From an uncultured Chloroflexia bacterium (GTDB lineage: Bacteria; Chloroflexota; Limnocylindria; Limnocylindrales; CSP1-4), in the NCBI GenBank assembly GCA_963763775.1, contig CAVXPZ010000001.1:448001-512000 (forward strand): a DNA stretch of 64,000 bases, in the 5' to 3' direction. The position numbers were made by a program, and so were the translations under genes. Below are positions 10,496-20,451 of this stretch, one piece after another. The notes under the pieces were generated by a model that was given only the letters and a program-made list of their open reading frames with translations, was not told where the DNA came from and did not search any database. Position 1 is the stretch's first letter. Each line of letters begins with the position of its first letter.

Positions 10496-12049
10496 CGCGG
10501 ACCTCGGCTGATATCTCGCGCGGCCTCGCCGACGCGCGTCCGGCGCTCCCGATCGCGCCCGGCACCCGGATCCACGTCCTGGGCGTGGGCGGCGCGGCGT
10601 CGTCCGGGGCGGCCCTCCACGCGGCCGCGGTCGGCGCGACGGTCACGGCCTGCGATGCGGGTGGCGCCGACCCACTGACCGGGGCCGTGCTCGCCGCCGG
10701 CATCGAGATCGACTGGCACAACGACCCCGCCCATGTCCGCGACGCCGACGGGCGCCCGATCGTCGACCGCCTCGCCGTGACGAAGGCCGTCACCTCGGTC
10801 CAGCCCGATCATCCCGAGATCCTCGCCGCACGTGACGCCGGGATCTCGCCGGAGAGCGTCCAGCAGGTCATCGCGGACGCCGCCGAGACCGGCGGCCGAC
10901 GCCTCATCGGGGTCACCGGGACGCATGGCAAGTCCACGACGTCCGGCTGGATCCTCCATATCCTCACGTCGGCCGGGCACGACCCGTCGGGGTTCGTGGG
11001 GGCCGCCCTGCCGGCGTCGATCGCCGGGGCGTCGCGGGGAGTCGCGCGGATCGGGGCCGGCCGCGATTTCGTGGTCGAGGCGGACGAGTACGCCGGGAAC
11101 TTCGACCCGTACCGCCCGGCCATCGCCGTGCTCGTCTCCGCCGAGTGGGACCACCCCGACGTGTTCGCCTCCGAAGCGGCCGTGGTGGCCGCGTTCGGGA
11201 CGTGGATCGCCCGGCTGGAGCCTGGCCGTCCACGGCGTGCCGACGCTCGTCGCGAATGCCGGTGACGCGGGCGTGGACCGGGTCCTCGATGCCCTCGACG
11301 GCTGGACGGGCCGGCGGATCCTCGTGCGGCTCGAAGCAGCGCCGTCCGACCAGGCGAGACCCGTCGGCGACGCGACGCTCGTCGGGCGGGTCGTCGGCGA
11401 GGATCGCGACGGGACCGACCTCGAGATCACCGGCCTTCGCGGTCCCGACGCGGCCCCGGACCGGGTGCGCATCGGCCTGATCGGGCGGCACATGGCCATC
11501 GATGCGCTGATGGCGGCCGGCGGCGCCCTCGCGGCGGGCGTCGACACCGAGGCGATCCTCGCCGGGCTCGCGTCCTACGAGGGCGTCGGCCGCCGGTTCG
11601 AGCTCAAGGGCGAGGTCGGCGGCGTCACGGTCCTCGACGACTATGCGCACCATCCGACGGCGATGCACCTGACGTTCGGGGCCGCGCGGCAGCGCTATCC
11701 GGGCCGGCGGCTCTGGGCGGTGTACGAGCCGCTGACATACCACCGCACGGCCGCCATGCTCGATCGATTCGCGGACGTCCTGGCCGAGGCGGACCGTGTC
11801 GCGATCATCGACATCTGGGCGGTCCGCGACCCGGACACCACGATCACGTCGGCGCAGGCCCTCGCGGACGCCACGAGCGCCGTCAGCCGCGTCCCTGCGG
11901 TCGCCACGGGCAGTCCGGAGGCCAGCGCGGCGTGGCTCGCCGACCACGTCGAGGCGGGCGACGTGGTGCTCGTGATGGGCGGCGGGCGCTCGTACGTGGC
12001 CGCGGAGCAGCTCGTCGAGCGCCTGCTCGCTCGACAGTCCTCGGTCTAG
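10492..12049 (+). CDS. MurC/Mpl-like Mur ligase, split by a +1 frameshift near 11225
   Basis: IHVLGVGG, GTHGKSTT, VEADEY and DHPD in frame 10492. GVGRRFE, DDYAHHPT and VMGGG in frame 10832. Confidence 0.8.
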
Positions 12050-13632
12050 CTCGCGGTCGCGGCGGTCGTCTCGCCTGCCTGGTCCGTCGAGCCGTCCTCG
12101 ACCGCGCCGCCCGACCCGATCGGGCGGGCGTACAACTGGTGGCCATCGGACGTGATGCAGGCGCCCGTCGCCATCTCCCATTGCCAGCCGTGCAGGGCAC
12201 AGGTCATCACGCCGTCCTCGACGGACGCGAACCGCGTCAGGTCGGCCTTCATGTGCGGGCAGCGGCGCTGGACGTCGTACCCGGCGAGCTCGAACGTGCC
12301 CTGCGTCGGGCCGTGCTCCGCGTAGAAGCCCTCTGCGTACTGGAGACGCTCGACGTTGAGGCACTTGAACCACGTGTAGACGTAGTCGTTGTACGGGCCC
12401 CGGCGATGCGCCCGGAACCGCATCGACAGGAACAGCTCGTTGACCCAGTCCTCGACGTGCTCGCGGACCAGGTGGTCGACCAGCTCGCGCTCGATGAGGA
12501 ACTGGTAGCGCGGGTTCTCGTCGGGCAGCGGACGACGGACGCGTCGCTCGACGAAGTCGATGATGAGCTGCTCGTCGCCGATATCGAGCAGGACCGGCTG
12601 GTTGACGCCGGCGCAGATCATGTCGGCCTGCTCCAGGAGCGGATCCCACCAGACGGCGAGCTCCGTGAACACGTCGACCCGTGGTCCCTTCCATGACGCC
12701 CGCTCGGCGGCGATGACCGGCCGCTTGCGCGCCTGGTAGGCCTCGAGGTAGGCCCGCTTGTCGTCGAAGATCGTGGCCGGCTCCACCGGGTGGCGCACCT
12801 CGAACCGGCCGGGCGACACGTCGGCGACCGAGCCTGGGAGCATGAGCCGGCCGCCGTCGCGCCCGCGCTCACGGATGTACTCGAGGAAGGTCGGCTGGTC
12901 CGGGAACGTGTTCCACTCGTTGCCGTGGAGGTCGTTGTAGCCGAACAGGTCGTCGTCGAGGAAGCACGGCGGCCCCGCGGACGGCACGACGAACGCGGGA
13001 TCGAGGACCTCGATGTAGCGGAAGGCCCGGGCGAGCTGCGCGACGCGCTTCTTGTGCCCCAGCACCTCCTGGGCGTTGTCCGGGTAGTCGTAGACCATCG
13101 GGTACCAGATCGCCCCGGAGAACTGGAGGAACGCGGCATCGAGCGGGCCGTGCTCGAGCAGCCGGTCCGGCTCCGGCGGCCGCGAGTCGTTCATGTTCAG
13201 GACGCGGACCTCGCCGTCGTCGATGAGCAGCGCCGAATCGCCGATCGGGCCATCCGTGGGAGCGACCAGCGCGTGGATCGTCAGCGTGAGCGGGCCGGCC
13301 TGGAACGGCACGAGGTCCACGCTCTCGATGAACCGGTGGAACCCGAGCGCGTGCAGCTCCTTCTGGAGGTCCTCGATCGGGTACGCGGGCAGCAGCACCG
13401 TCGCGTCCTTGTCGACGTGGTCGCGCAGGTAGCGCGGGTCGAAGTGGTCGTGGTGGAGGTGCGAGACGTACAGGTACGTGGGATGGCCGATGCGTTCGGG
13501 GTCGATGCCGTCGTTCGCCGGGAACGGGTACCACGAGCCGAAGAACGCGGGGTTGAACCACGGGTCGCACAGGATGCTGACCCCGCGGGTCTCGACGTAG
13601 AGCCCCGCCTGGCCGAGGAACGTGATCTGCAC
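12046..13632 (-). CDS. Metallo-beta-lactamase-fold protein with C-terminal Rieske [2Fe-2S] domain (Rv3818-like)
   Basis: ITFLGQAG, CDPWF, SHLHHDHFD and C-terminal CPHMKADL...CALHGW. True start is GTG 13632 inside the 942-aa ORF. Confidence 0.85.
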   Translation of the reverse strand: MQITFLGQAGLYVETRGVSILCDPWFNPAFFGSWYPFPANDGIDPERIGHPTYLYVSHLHHDHFDPRYLRDHVDKDATVLLPAYPIEDLQKELHALGFHRFIESVDLVPFQAGPLTLTIHALVAPTDGPIGDSALLIDDGEVRVLNMNDSRPPEPDRLLEHGPLDAAFLQFSGAIWYPMVYDYPDNAQEVLGHKKRVAQLARAFRYIEVLDPAFVVPSAGPPCFLDDDLFGYNDLHGNEWNTFPDQPTFLEYIRERGRDGGRLMLPGSVADVSPGRFEVRHPVEPATIFDDKRAYLEAYQARKRPVIAAERASWKGPRVDVFTELAVWWDPLLEQADMICAGVNQPVLLDIGDEQLIIDFVERRVRRPLPDENPRYQFLIERELVDHLVREHVEDWVNELFLSMRFRAHRRGPYNDYVYTWFKCLNVERLQYAEGFYAEHGPTQGTFELAGYDVQRRCPHMKADLTRFASVEDGVMTCALHGWQWEMATGACITSDGHQLYARPIGSGGAVEDGSTDQAGETTAATAS

Positions 13633-13731
13633 GACGCAAGGATACCGGCCGACCCCCGACCGCTGCCGAAGGACGACCGACGGGTCGGTGCCATACCATG
13701 GCGGTCCACCACACGAGGAGACCGATCGGTC

Positions 13732-14124
13732 ATGGCCGTCGACTACGCCACCGCGGGCGAGCTCCTCGAGACGTTCGGTCGCGCCTGGCAGACGTTCGAC
13801 GGCGACCTCATCGTCTCGATGTTCACCGACGACGCCGAATACCACGCCGACGCGTTCGCGCCGCCGATGGTCGGGCACAATGCCGTTCGCGCCTACTGGC
13901 TCGATGGGTCGAGGACGACCGAGCAGGTCGAGTTCACGGTCGAGCGCCACTGGGTGTCGGCCGACACCGTGCTCGCGGCCTGGCATGCCAGCTTCGTCGA
14001 ACGCGGGACCGGCGAGCGCGTCCGGCTGGCCGGGTTCATGACCTGGGAGATGGCGCCGGACGGCCGCATCGCGCGACTCCGCGAGTGGACGGTGACCGCA
14101 CCGACGCCCGGGTCGACCGGGTAG
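13732..14124 (+). CDS. SnoaL/NTF2-like protein
   Basis: GAGGAG RBS. AWQTFDGDLIVSMFTDDAEY...IARLREW pattern. Confidence 0.8.
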   Translation: MAVDYATAGELLETFGRAWQTFDGDLIVSMFTDDAEYHADAFAPPMVGHNAVRAYWLDGSRTTEQVEFTVERHWVSADTVLAAWHASFVERGTGERVRLAGFMTWEMAPDGRIARLREWTVTAPTPGSTG

Positions 14125-14136
14125 GGAGGAGGATCG

Positions 14137-14628
14137 ATGGCGGGAGATATCTCGTTCGACGTCGTCAGTGACTTCGACGAGCAGGAGCTGCGCAACGCGC
14201 TCGACCAGGTGCGACGCGAGGCCGGGCAGCGCTACGACTTCAAGGGCGTCACGGTCGACCTGACCCAGGCCAAGGACGAGCTCACGCTCGTGACCGACGA
14301 CGAGTACCGCGCGACCGCGCTCAAGGACCTCATCGAATCGAAGGCGATCCGGCGCAACCTCTCGTTGAAGATCTTCGACTGGGGGAAGGTCGAGCCGGCC
14401 GGCGGCAACCACGTCCGCCAGGTCATCAAGCTGCGCCGCGGCCTGCCCGAGGACGTCGCCAAGCGGATCACGAAGCTGATCCGCGAGGAGTTCCCGAAGG
14501 TCAAGTCGCAGATCCAGGGCGACGCCGTCCGCGTGTCGGGGAAGAGCCGCGACGAGCTCCAGAAGGTCATCGTCCGGCTTCGCGAGCTCGACGAGCCGGT
14601 GCCGTTCCAGTTCGAGAACTACCGGTAG
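14137..14628 (+). CDS. yajQ: YajQ family nucleotide-binding protein
   Basis: SFDVVS, QRYDFKG and QIQGDAVRVSGKSRDELQ...FENYR. Confidence 0.93.
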   Translation: MAGDISFDVVSDFDEQELRNALDQVRREAGQRYDFKGVTVDLTQAKDELTLVTDDEYRATALKDLIESKAIRRNLSLKIFDWGKVEPAGGNHVRQVIKLRRGLPEDVAKRITKLIREEFPKVKSQIQGDAVRVSGKSRDELQKVIVRLRELDEPVPFQFENYR

Positions 14629-14637
14629 GATCGATCG

Positions 14638-14739
14638 ATGCCAGGTTCCCGCATCTCCAGGGTCATCATGGTCGTCGTGACGGCCATCATCGTGCTCGGG
14701 CTCGTGCTGACCACGGCCGCATTCCCGACGTCCCACTGA
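14638..14739 (+). CDS. Small 33-aa single-pass membrane protein (MPGSRISRVIMVVVTAIIVLGLVLTTAAFPTSH)
   Basis: Fills the yajQ-ThDP enzyme gap exactly. AGGA RBS overlaps the yajQ stop, codons are GC3-biased and there is one hydrophobic helix. Confidence 0.6.
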   Translation: MPGSRISRVIMVVVTAIIVLGLVLTTAAFPTSH

Positions 14740-14740
14740 C

Positions 14741-16621
14741 GTGACCGATCCGCGACCCGGTCCGGACGACGGCCTGGATGGGCTGGGCGCGGCCGAGACC
14801 GCCGAGGCGCCCGATGCCGCCGAGGAGATCGACGGCGACGACATGGGCGCTCCGGCGCCCGACGGCGATGCCACCGATGGGGCCGACGATCACGACGGCG
14901 CCGATCGTCCCGCGGGCGCCGAGTCGTCCGACGGTCCCGCCGAGGACCCGGCCCCGAGCGAGCCCGCCGGTCCGGTCACCGTCGGCCGATATGTGGCCGC
15001 GACGCTGCGGGCCGCCGGGGTGCGCTACGCCTTCACGGTCCCGGGCAAATCCTTCCTCGGCCTCCTCGACGCGCTCGGGGACGTGGGGATCCGGGTCGTG
15101 GCGACACGTCACGAGGGCGCCGCGGCGTTCATGGCCGAGGCGCACGGTCAGTTGACGGGCCGTCCCGCCGCGTGTCTCGCGACGCGAGCGGTGGGTGGGG
15201 CCAATCTGGCGATCGGCATCCACACGGCCCGGCAGGACTCGAGTCCGATGTTCGCGGTCGTCGGCCAGGTGGCTCGGCGGAACCTCGGCCGCGAGGCGTT
15301 CCAGGAGATCGACCAGGTCGCCACCATCGGCGGGCTCGCGAAGTGGTCGGGCCAACCGGAGACCGCGGAACAGGTCCCGGTCGTCATGGGCGAGGCCGTC
15401 CGCGAGGCGCTCGGGGGCCGTCCCGGGCCGGTCCTCATCTCGATCCCGGAGGACCTCCTCGACGAGGTCGTCGAACTCCCACCGGCCGATGTCCACCGCC
15501 CGCCGGCGGCGCGCGCCACGCCCGAGGAGATCCGGGCCGTCATCGATCTGCTGGCGTCGGCCGAGCGCCCGGTCATCCTGGCCGGCGGCGGCGTCCTGCG
15601 CGCCCGCACCTCGACCGAGCTGTTGCGGTTCGCCGAGCTGCTGCACGTGCCGGTCATCGCGGGCTGGCGCCGCGGCGACGTCATCTCGAACGATCACCCG
15701 TCGTACCTCGGCATGGCCGGCCTAGGAGCGCCGGCCACGGTCAAGGCGCGCCTCGATGCCGCCGACGCCCTGCTGGTCATCGGGTGCCGGCTCAATGAGG
15801 CCACGTCGTACGACTACGCGGTGCCGGGACCGAACGTCCGATGGGCGCATGTCGACGTGGCGCCGGTGCGGGGCGCGGGCCTGGCACCGGCCGACATCGT
15901 CGTGGAAGCCGATGCGCGGACGTTCCTTCGCGCCGCGAACGAGCGCCTCCTGGGCGGTGCCGTCCTCGACGCCGAGCGCGTGGCCACCCGCGACCAGCAC
16001 AACGCGGCCGATCGGACGGCCTGGGAGGCGGCCACGGTCGTCGACGGCTTGCCGTGGGAAGGCCCGGGCGTCCATCCCGGCCGGACGATCACGACCCTGC
16101 GGCGCGTACTCCCGGACGAGGCGATCATCACGACGGACGCCGGCAACTTCGGCGGCTGGGTCGCTCGCGGCTTCCGGTTCCGCCGGCCCGGCACGTTCCT
16201 TGGACCGACATCCGGCGCGATGGGCTATGGCTTGCCGGCCGCGATCACGGCCGCCCTGATCCACCGCGACCGGCCGGTCGTGGCCATCGTCGGCGACGGC
16301 GGCCTGGCGATGACCATGGCCGAGCTCGAGACCGCGGTCCGCGAGCATGCGCGGGTCATCGTGCTCGTCTTCGACAACGAGCGATACGGGACGATCCGCA
16401 TGTGGCAGGACCGCCGTGGCACCGGCCAGGGCGTGGCCACCGAGCTCGGACCCGTCGACTTCACGGCGATCGCCAGGGCCTGCGGGGCCCGCGGGACGCG
16501 TGTCGAACGCGACGCGGACGTCGAGCCGGCGCTGCGCGCCGCCCTCGCGGCGGACCGACCGACGGTCATCCAGGTCGTGCTCGATCGCGGGTGGGTCTCG
16601 GTCGACCAGCCGGCAACGTGA
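14741..16621 (+). CDS. Thiamine-diphosphate-dependent enzyme (acetolactate synthase-like) with acidic N-terminal extension
   Basis: TRHEGAAAFMAEA, REAFQEID, SGAMGYGLPAA and GDGG...N ThDP motif. Confidence 0.88.
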   Translation: MTDPRPGPDDGLDGLGAAETAEAPDAAEEIDGDDMGAPAPDGDATDGADDHDGADRPAGAESSDGPAEDPAPSEPAGPVTVGRYVAATLRAAGVRYAFTVPGKSFLGLLDALGDVGIRVVATRHEGAAAFMAEAHGQLTGRPAACLATRAVGGANLAIGIHTARQDSSPMFAVVGQVARRNLGREAFQEIDQVATIGGLAKWSGQPETAEQVPVVMGEAVREALGGRPGPVLISIPEDLLDEVVELPPADVHRPPAARATPEEIRAVIDLLASAERPVILAGGGVLRARTSTELLRFAELLHVPVIAGWRRGDVISNDHPSYLGMAGLGAPATVKARLDAADALLVIGCRLNEATSYDYAVPGPNVRWAHVDVAPVRGAGLAPADIVVEADARTFLRAANERLLGGAVLDAERVATRDQHNAADRTAWEAATVVDGLPWEGPGVHPGRTITTLRRVLPDEAIITTDAGNFGGWVARGFRFRRPGTFLGPTSGAMGYGLPAAITAALIHRDRPVVAIVGDGGLAMTMAELETAVREHARVIVLVFDNERYGTIRMWQDRRGTGQGVATELGPVDFTAIARACGARGTRVERDADVEPALRAALAADRPTVIQVVLDRGWVSVDQPAT

Positions 16622-16960
16622 CGCGGACGACGTTCCACATCGTCCCGGCCGAGGTCTGGGATCGATCGGACCCGACACAGCCGTACGCCGCCGCGTCACT
16701 CGTGTCGGAGGGCTTCATCCATTGCACCGATGGCGAGGCCGCGCTGTACGCGACCGCTGACCGCCATTTCGGCGACGATCCGCGCGAGTTGCTCGTCCTG
16801 ACGGTGGACCTGGCGGCGACCGGATCGCCCTGGCGCATCGACGATCCGGCGGGGATCTTCCCGCACGTCTTCGGCGCCGATCGACCGGGCGGCGGTCCTC
16901 CGGGTGCAGCGGCTCCTGCGCGACGAGGACGGCCACTCCCGGAGCCTGATCGCGGTCTAG
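16618..16960 (+). CDS. DUF952 family protein, +1 frameshift near 16876
   Basis: TFHIVPAEVW, SEGFIHCT and FPHVFG, then a shifted IDRAAVLRV...; TAG at 16958. Confidence 0.75.
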
Positions 16961-17334
16961 CGCGGCCGGTCGTCGTCCCGGAGCACCGGGAGGTCGGACC
17001 GCTCCCGGAGGTGGAACGCCACGCCGTAGATCTCGCCGTTCTCCGGATCCTTCCGGGGCGCGGCGGTCAGGCGCCACTCCTCGTCGCCACGTCGGATCCA
17101 CCGGGCGAGTGGCCGGCCGCCCTGGTAGACCGCATCGAGGAGCGTGAACGCCTCGGACGGCAGTCCCAGGATCCCCTCACGAGCCGGCAGGCCCACGGAG
17201 ACGTCGCCGAAGGCCGCCCGCAGGGCCGGGTTGCCGTACACGATCATGTGCGCCGGCCCGGCGCACAGGCCGGCCGGACGCTCGCGGGGCACGTCAGCGG
17301 GACCGCCGTGTCGCACGGTCCCCGACTCGGTCAT
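16957..17334 (-). CDS. Small stand-alone PAS-like protein
   Basis: GPAHMIVYGNPALRAAFG...GLPARE...LLDAVYQGG...APRKD..GEIYGV resembles the PAS_4 fold. ATGA-coupled to the upstream gene. Confidence 0.55.
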   Translation of the reverse strand: MTESGTVRHGGPADVPRERPAGLCAGPAHMIVYGNPALRAAFGDVSVGLPAREGILGLPSEAFTLLDAVYQGGRPLARWIRRGDEEWRLTAAPRKDPENGEIYGVAFHLRERSDLPVLRDDDRPR

Positions 17335-18137
17335 CGACGGTCGCCGGCCCTCGGGCGTCGGGACAGCAGGAGGCCCGCACCCGTGATGGCCGCCAGCAGC
17401 ACGAAGATGGCGGCCGCGGGCGCGCCCGGGTCGCGAGGGGTGGTCGACAGGATGGTGTCGGTCGGGGGCGGGGTGACGTGGGTCGTCGGGCCGGGTCCGG
17501 TGCTGGGCTGGGCCGGGATCGTGACCGTGAACGCGACCGCGTCCAGCAGGTTCCCGACCGAATCGTTGCCGGAGGCCGTGCTCACCGCGCGGAAGGCGAA
17601 CCGCGTGCACGTCTGCCCGGCGGGGACCACGTAGTCGGCGCCGTGGGCGCCCCAATCGGTGGTGCCGTCGGTCATGTCCGGCGAGGTGTAGTCCCAGCCG
17701 GTGGCGCCGTTGACGTCCGCGACGGACGCGTCGCCGATCAGGACCTGCATCGTGTCGTCGCCTTCGCGCCCACGGTGCAGGAGCGTCCAGCTCATGGTCG
17801 CACCCGGCGTGCTGATGACGTCCTGGTAGAGCGTGCCGGCGGTGTTCGCATTGAGCTCCGCGAAGGCGTTGCCCTGCCCGGCGGGGACGCCGAGGAACCC
17901 ATCGCCCCAGATCTCGATCTCGCCGAGGCCGTCCGTCGTCTGCCAGGGCGGCACGGAGGCGGCCGGGAACAGGGTGAACGTGTCCGGCGTGACGGCCGGG
18001 GTCTCGAAGCCGCCGTTCATGAGCTGGTCGCTGGAGCCGTCGCACGGGGCTGCCAGGACGGGACCGGCGACCGCCAGCGAGCCGATGGCCAGCATCGGGA
18101 CGGTGAGCAGCAACAGACCAGGATGACGCGCGCGCAT
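17331..18137 (-). CDS. Secreted beta-sandwich protein with C-terminal PPTDT-TM-basic tail (sorting-signal-like)
   Basis: AAGGAG RBS, signal peptide, NGGFETP, FAELNA and GNLLDAV, ending PPTDT...hydrophobic helix...RRPR. Confidence 0.7.
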   Translation of the reverse strand: MRARHPGLLLLTVPMLAIGSLAVAGPVLAAPCDGSSDQLMNGGFETPAVTPDTFTLFPAASVPPWQTTDGLGEIEIWGDGFLGVPAGQGNAFAELNANTAGTLYQDVISTPGATMSWTLLHRGREGDDTMQVLIGDASVADVNGATGWDYTSPDMTDGTTDWGAHGADYVVPAGQTCTRFAFRAVSTASGNDSVGNLLDAVAFTVTIPAQPSTGPGPTTHVTPPPTDTILSTTPRDPGAPAAAIFVLLAAITGAGLLLSRRPRAGDRR

Positions 18138-18310
18138 GGATGCTCCTTTCGCGGGGCACAGCGAGGAAGAGCGGGGGTTCGGTCTATGGTGCCACCCGGG
18201 CGTCGTCCCCGTCACTGTCCTGGAGCAGCGCGCGAGACGCGATCGCGATCCCGGGCTCGATCGCGCGCCGGTCGCCGGGCGCGCATCGGGCCGGTGCTAT
18301 CGTCGCGACC

Positions 18311-19546
18311 ATGAGCATCGATGTCCGAACGGTTCGCGACGACGAACTGACCGCGTTCATCGACACGCTGACGACCGGCTTCATCGAGCGGCCGTCCGAC
18401 CCCGCGCGCATCGCGGACGAGGTCCGGCCGTTCTGGGACCTGTCGCGCCTCTGGGCCGCGTTCGACGATGGGCGGCCGTGCGGCACGTTCCGATCCTGGG
18501 CGACGGAACTCACCGTTCCCGGTGGGGCCCGGCTGCCGGGGTCCGCCATCGCCGCGGTCAGCGTCCTGCCGTCGCACCGGCGGCGAGGCATCCTGCGCGC
18601 GATGACCGCCGCCGAGCACGGGGCCATCCGGGATCGTGGCGAGGTCGTCGGGCTCCTCCACGCGGCCGAGTGGCCCATCTACGGCCGCTTCGGGTACGGG
18701 CCGGCCACGCAGGAGGCCACATGGCAGCTCGACACTCGGCAGGCGACCGTGCGCGGCGAGCCGACGGGACGCGTCGACATCATCGCGGCGGACGCGGCCG
18801 CGCGTGACCGGGCCATGTCGGTCTTCGAGGCGTGGCGGCTCCGCGAGACCGGATCCCTCCGTCGCCGGGCCGTCAGCTGGGAGTACGACTTCGGGCTCGT
18901 CACGACCGCCTGGGGCGAGGACTGGAAGGGGTTCGTGGCGGTCCACGAAGACTCCTCGGGCGAGACCGACGGCTACCTGCGCTACAGCCGGGCGGAGGAC
19001 CGCTGGGAGCGCCACCAGCCGCAGTACGTCCTGCGGATCGACGAGCTGCTCGCCCTGACCGACACGGCGTACGACGATCTCTGGCGGTTCGCGGCCGGGA
19101 TGGACTGGGTGGCCACGGTGAAGGCCGAGCGTCGGCTCCCGACCGAGCGGCTGCCGTGGATCCTCTCCAACGCCCGCGCCGCCAGCGTCTCCGACGTGGG
19201 CGACGACCTGTGGGTCCGGATCTTCGACGCCCAGCGGGCGCTCGAGGCGCGCACGTACGACCGCGTGGGGCAGGTCGTCCTCGAGATCGTCGACCGTGAG
19301 GCCAGTGGTGGCCGGACGCGCCTGCTCCTCGACGCCGGCCCGGATGGGGCCCGGTGCCAGCCGACGGATCGCTCGCCGGACCTCACGATCGACGTCTCGG
19401 CGCTGGGCGCCGCCTATCTCGGCGGGACGCGCCTCCGTGATGCCGTCACGGGCTCCGGCGCCGACGAGCACCGTGCCGGCGCGCTGCTCAGGACGGAACA
19501 CCTCCTGCGGACCCTCGACGTGCCATGGTGCACGACGTTCTTCTGA
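18311..19546 (+). CDS. Eis-like GNAT acetyltransferase with C-terminal SCP2-like domain
   Basis: VSVLPSHRRRGIL, IYGRFGYG, LWVRIFD..RALEARTY and LGAAYLGG. Confidence 0.88.
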   Translation: MSIDVRTVRDDELTAFIDTLTTGFIERPSDPARIADEVRPFWDLSRLWAAFDDGRPCGTFRSWATELTVPGGARLPGSAIAAVSVLPSHRRRGILRAMTAAEHGAIRDRGEVVGLLHAAEWPIYGRFGYGPATQEATWQLDTRQATVRGEPTGRVDIIAADAAARDRAMSVFEAWRLRETGSLRRRAVSWEYDFGLVTTAWGEDWKGFVAVHEDSSGETDGYLRYSRAEDRWERHQPQYVLRIDELLALTDTAYDDLWRFAAGMDWVATVKAERRLPTERLPWILSNARAASVSDVGDDLWVRIFDAQRALEARTYDRVGQVVLEIVDREASGGRTRLLLDAGPDGARCQPTDRSPDLTIDVSALGAAYLGGTRLRDAVTGSGADEHRAGALLRTEHLLRTLDVPWCTTFF

Positions 19547-20417
19547 TCAGGGACGGACCGGAGCCCGCGCCACCACCGAGAACGAGAGGGGGACCCGGCC
19601 GCGATCCTCGGGTCGGACGTCCGTGTGCCCGCCCCACCAGTCCACGGGGTGCTCGGCCACGCGATCGAGCCGCAGGCCGGCGCCGAGCAGGGCGGTGATG
19701 ACCTCGCCGAGCGTCCACGCCCGCGCGAACTTCCAGCTCTGGTCGTCGTCGCCGACCGAGAGATGGTCGATGTACTCGGGCGCCCAGCCCTTCGACGCCT
19801 CCGGGCCGCCGAAGTAGTCGTAGTCCGTGGCGACCCACCGGCCGTCCTCGTCGGCGTCGAACAGCCACTCGGCCGGGTGGCCCTCGAACAGCACGAACCG
19901 CCCTTCCGGTGCGAGGAGGCGTGCGACGACCGCCGCCCAGGCTTCGAGATCCTGCAGCCAGATGAGCGAGCCCCGGCCGGTGTAGACGAGATCGCCGGTC
20001 CCGTCCAGCTCGTGCGGGGTGTCCAGGACGTCGGCGAGGACCCATCGGGCCGGCGCGCCGGTCGCGGCGGTGAGGCGCTCGGCGAGCGCGAGCATGCGCG
20101 GGCTGAAGTCGACCCCGACCACCTCCGACGCCCCGAGATTCCAGAGTGAGAGCGTGTCGCGCCCGCCTCGCGCACTGGAGGTGGATCGCCCGGGGGCACC
20201 GTCCGCGGAGGTCGCCGATGAGCTCGACCTCGACGCCGAAGAGGTTCGTCCCGCCACGCCGGATCAGCTCGACCGCTTCGTCGAACCAGCCCTCGTAACG
20301 CTCGGCGGCCTCGTCCCAGGCCGCGCGGTTCGCGGCGTGCATCGCGCGCACGTCGGCGCGTTCCAGGTCCGTCGCGGGTCGGACGTGGTCGGGATGGCCC
20401 GGATCGACGGGTGTCAC
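19547..20417 (-). CDS. Class I SAM-dependent methyltransferase, +1 frameshift near 20168
   Basis: NRAAWDEAA and IHLQC in one frame. GRDTLSL, VGVDFS, VYTGRGSLIWL and EGHP in the next. Confidence 0.8.
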
Positions 20418-20451
20418 GCCGACCAGTATGCGTGGCGTCCCGGCGCCGGGG

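Noticed and set aside
12046-14874. 942-aa ORF as a single large protein
   Set aside because: Only the part from GTG 13632 is MBL-Rieske. The upstream part is antisense to the SnoaL-like gene and yajQ.
15040-15056. VPGKSF instead of the usual VPGES(Y/F) in the ThDP enzyme
   Set aside because: It is a single-base difference in an error-prone sequence, and the catalytic Glu in RHEG is intact.
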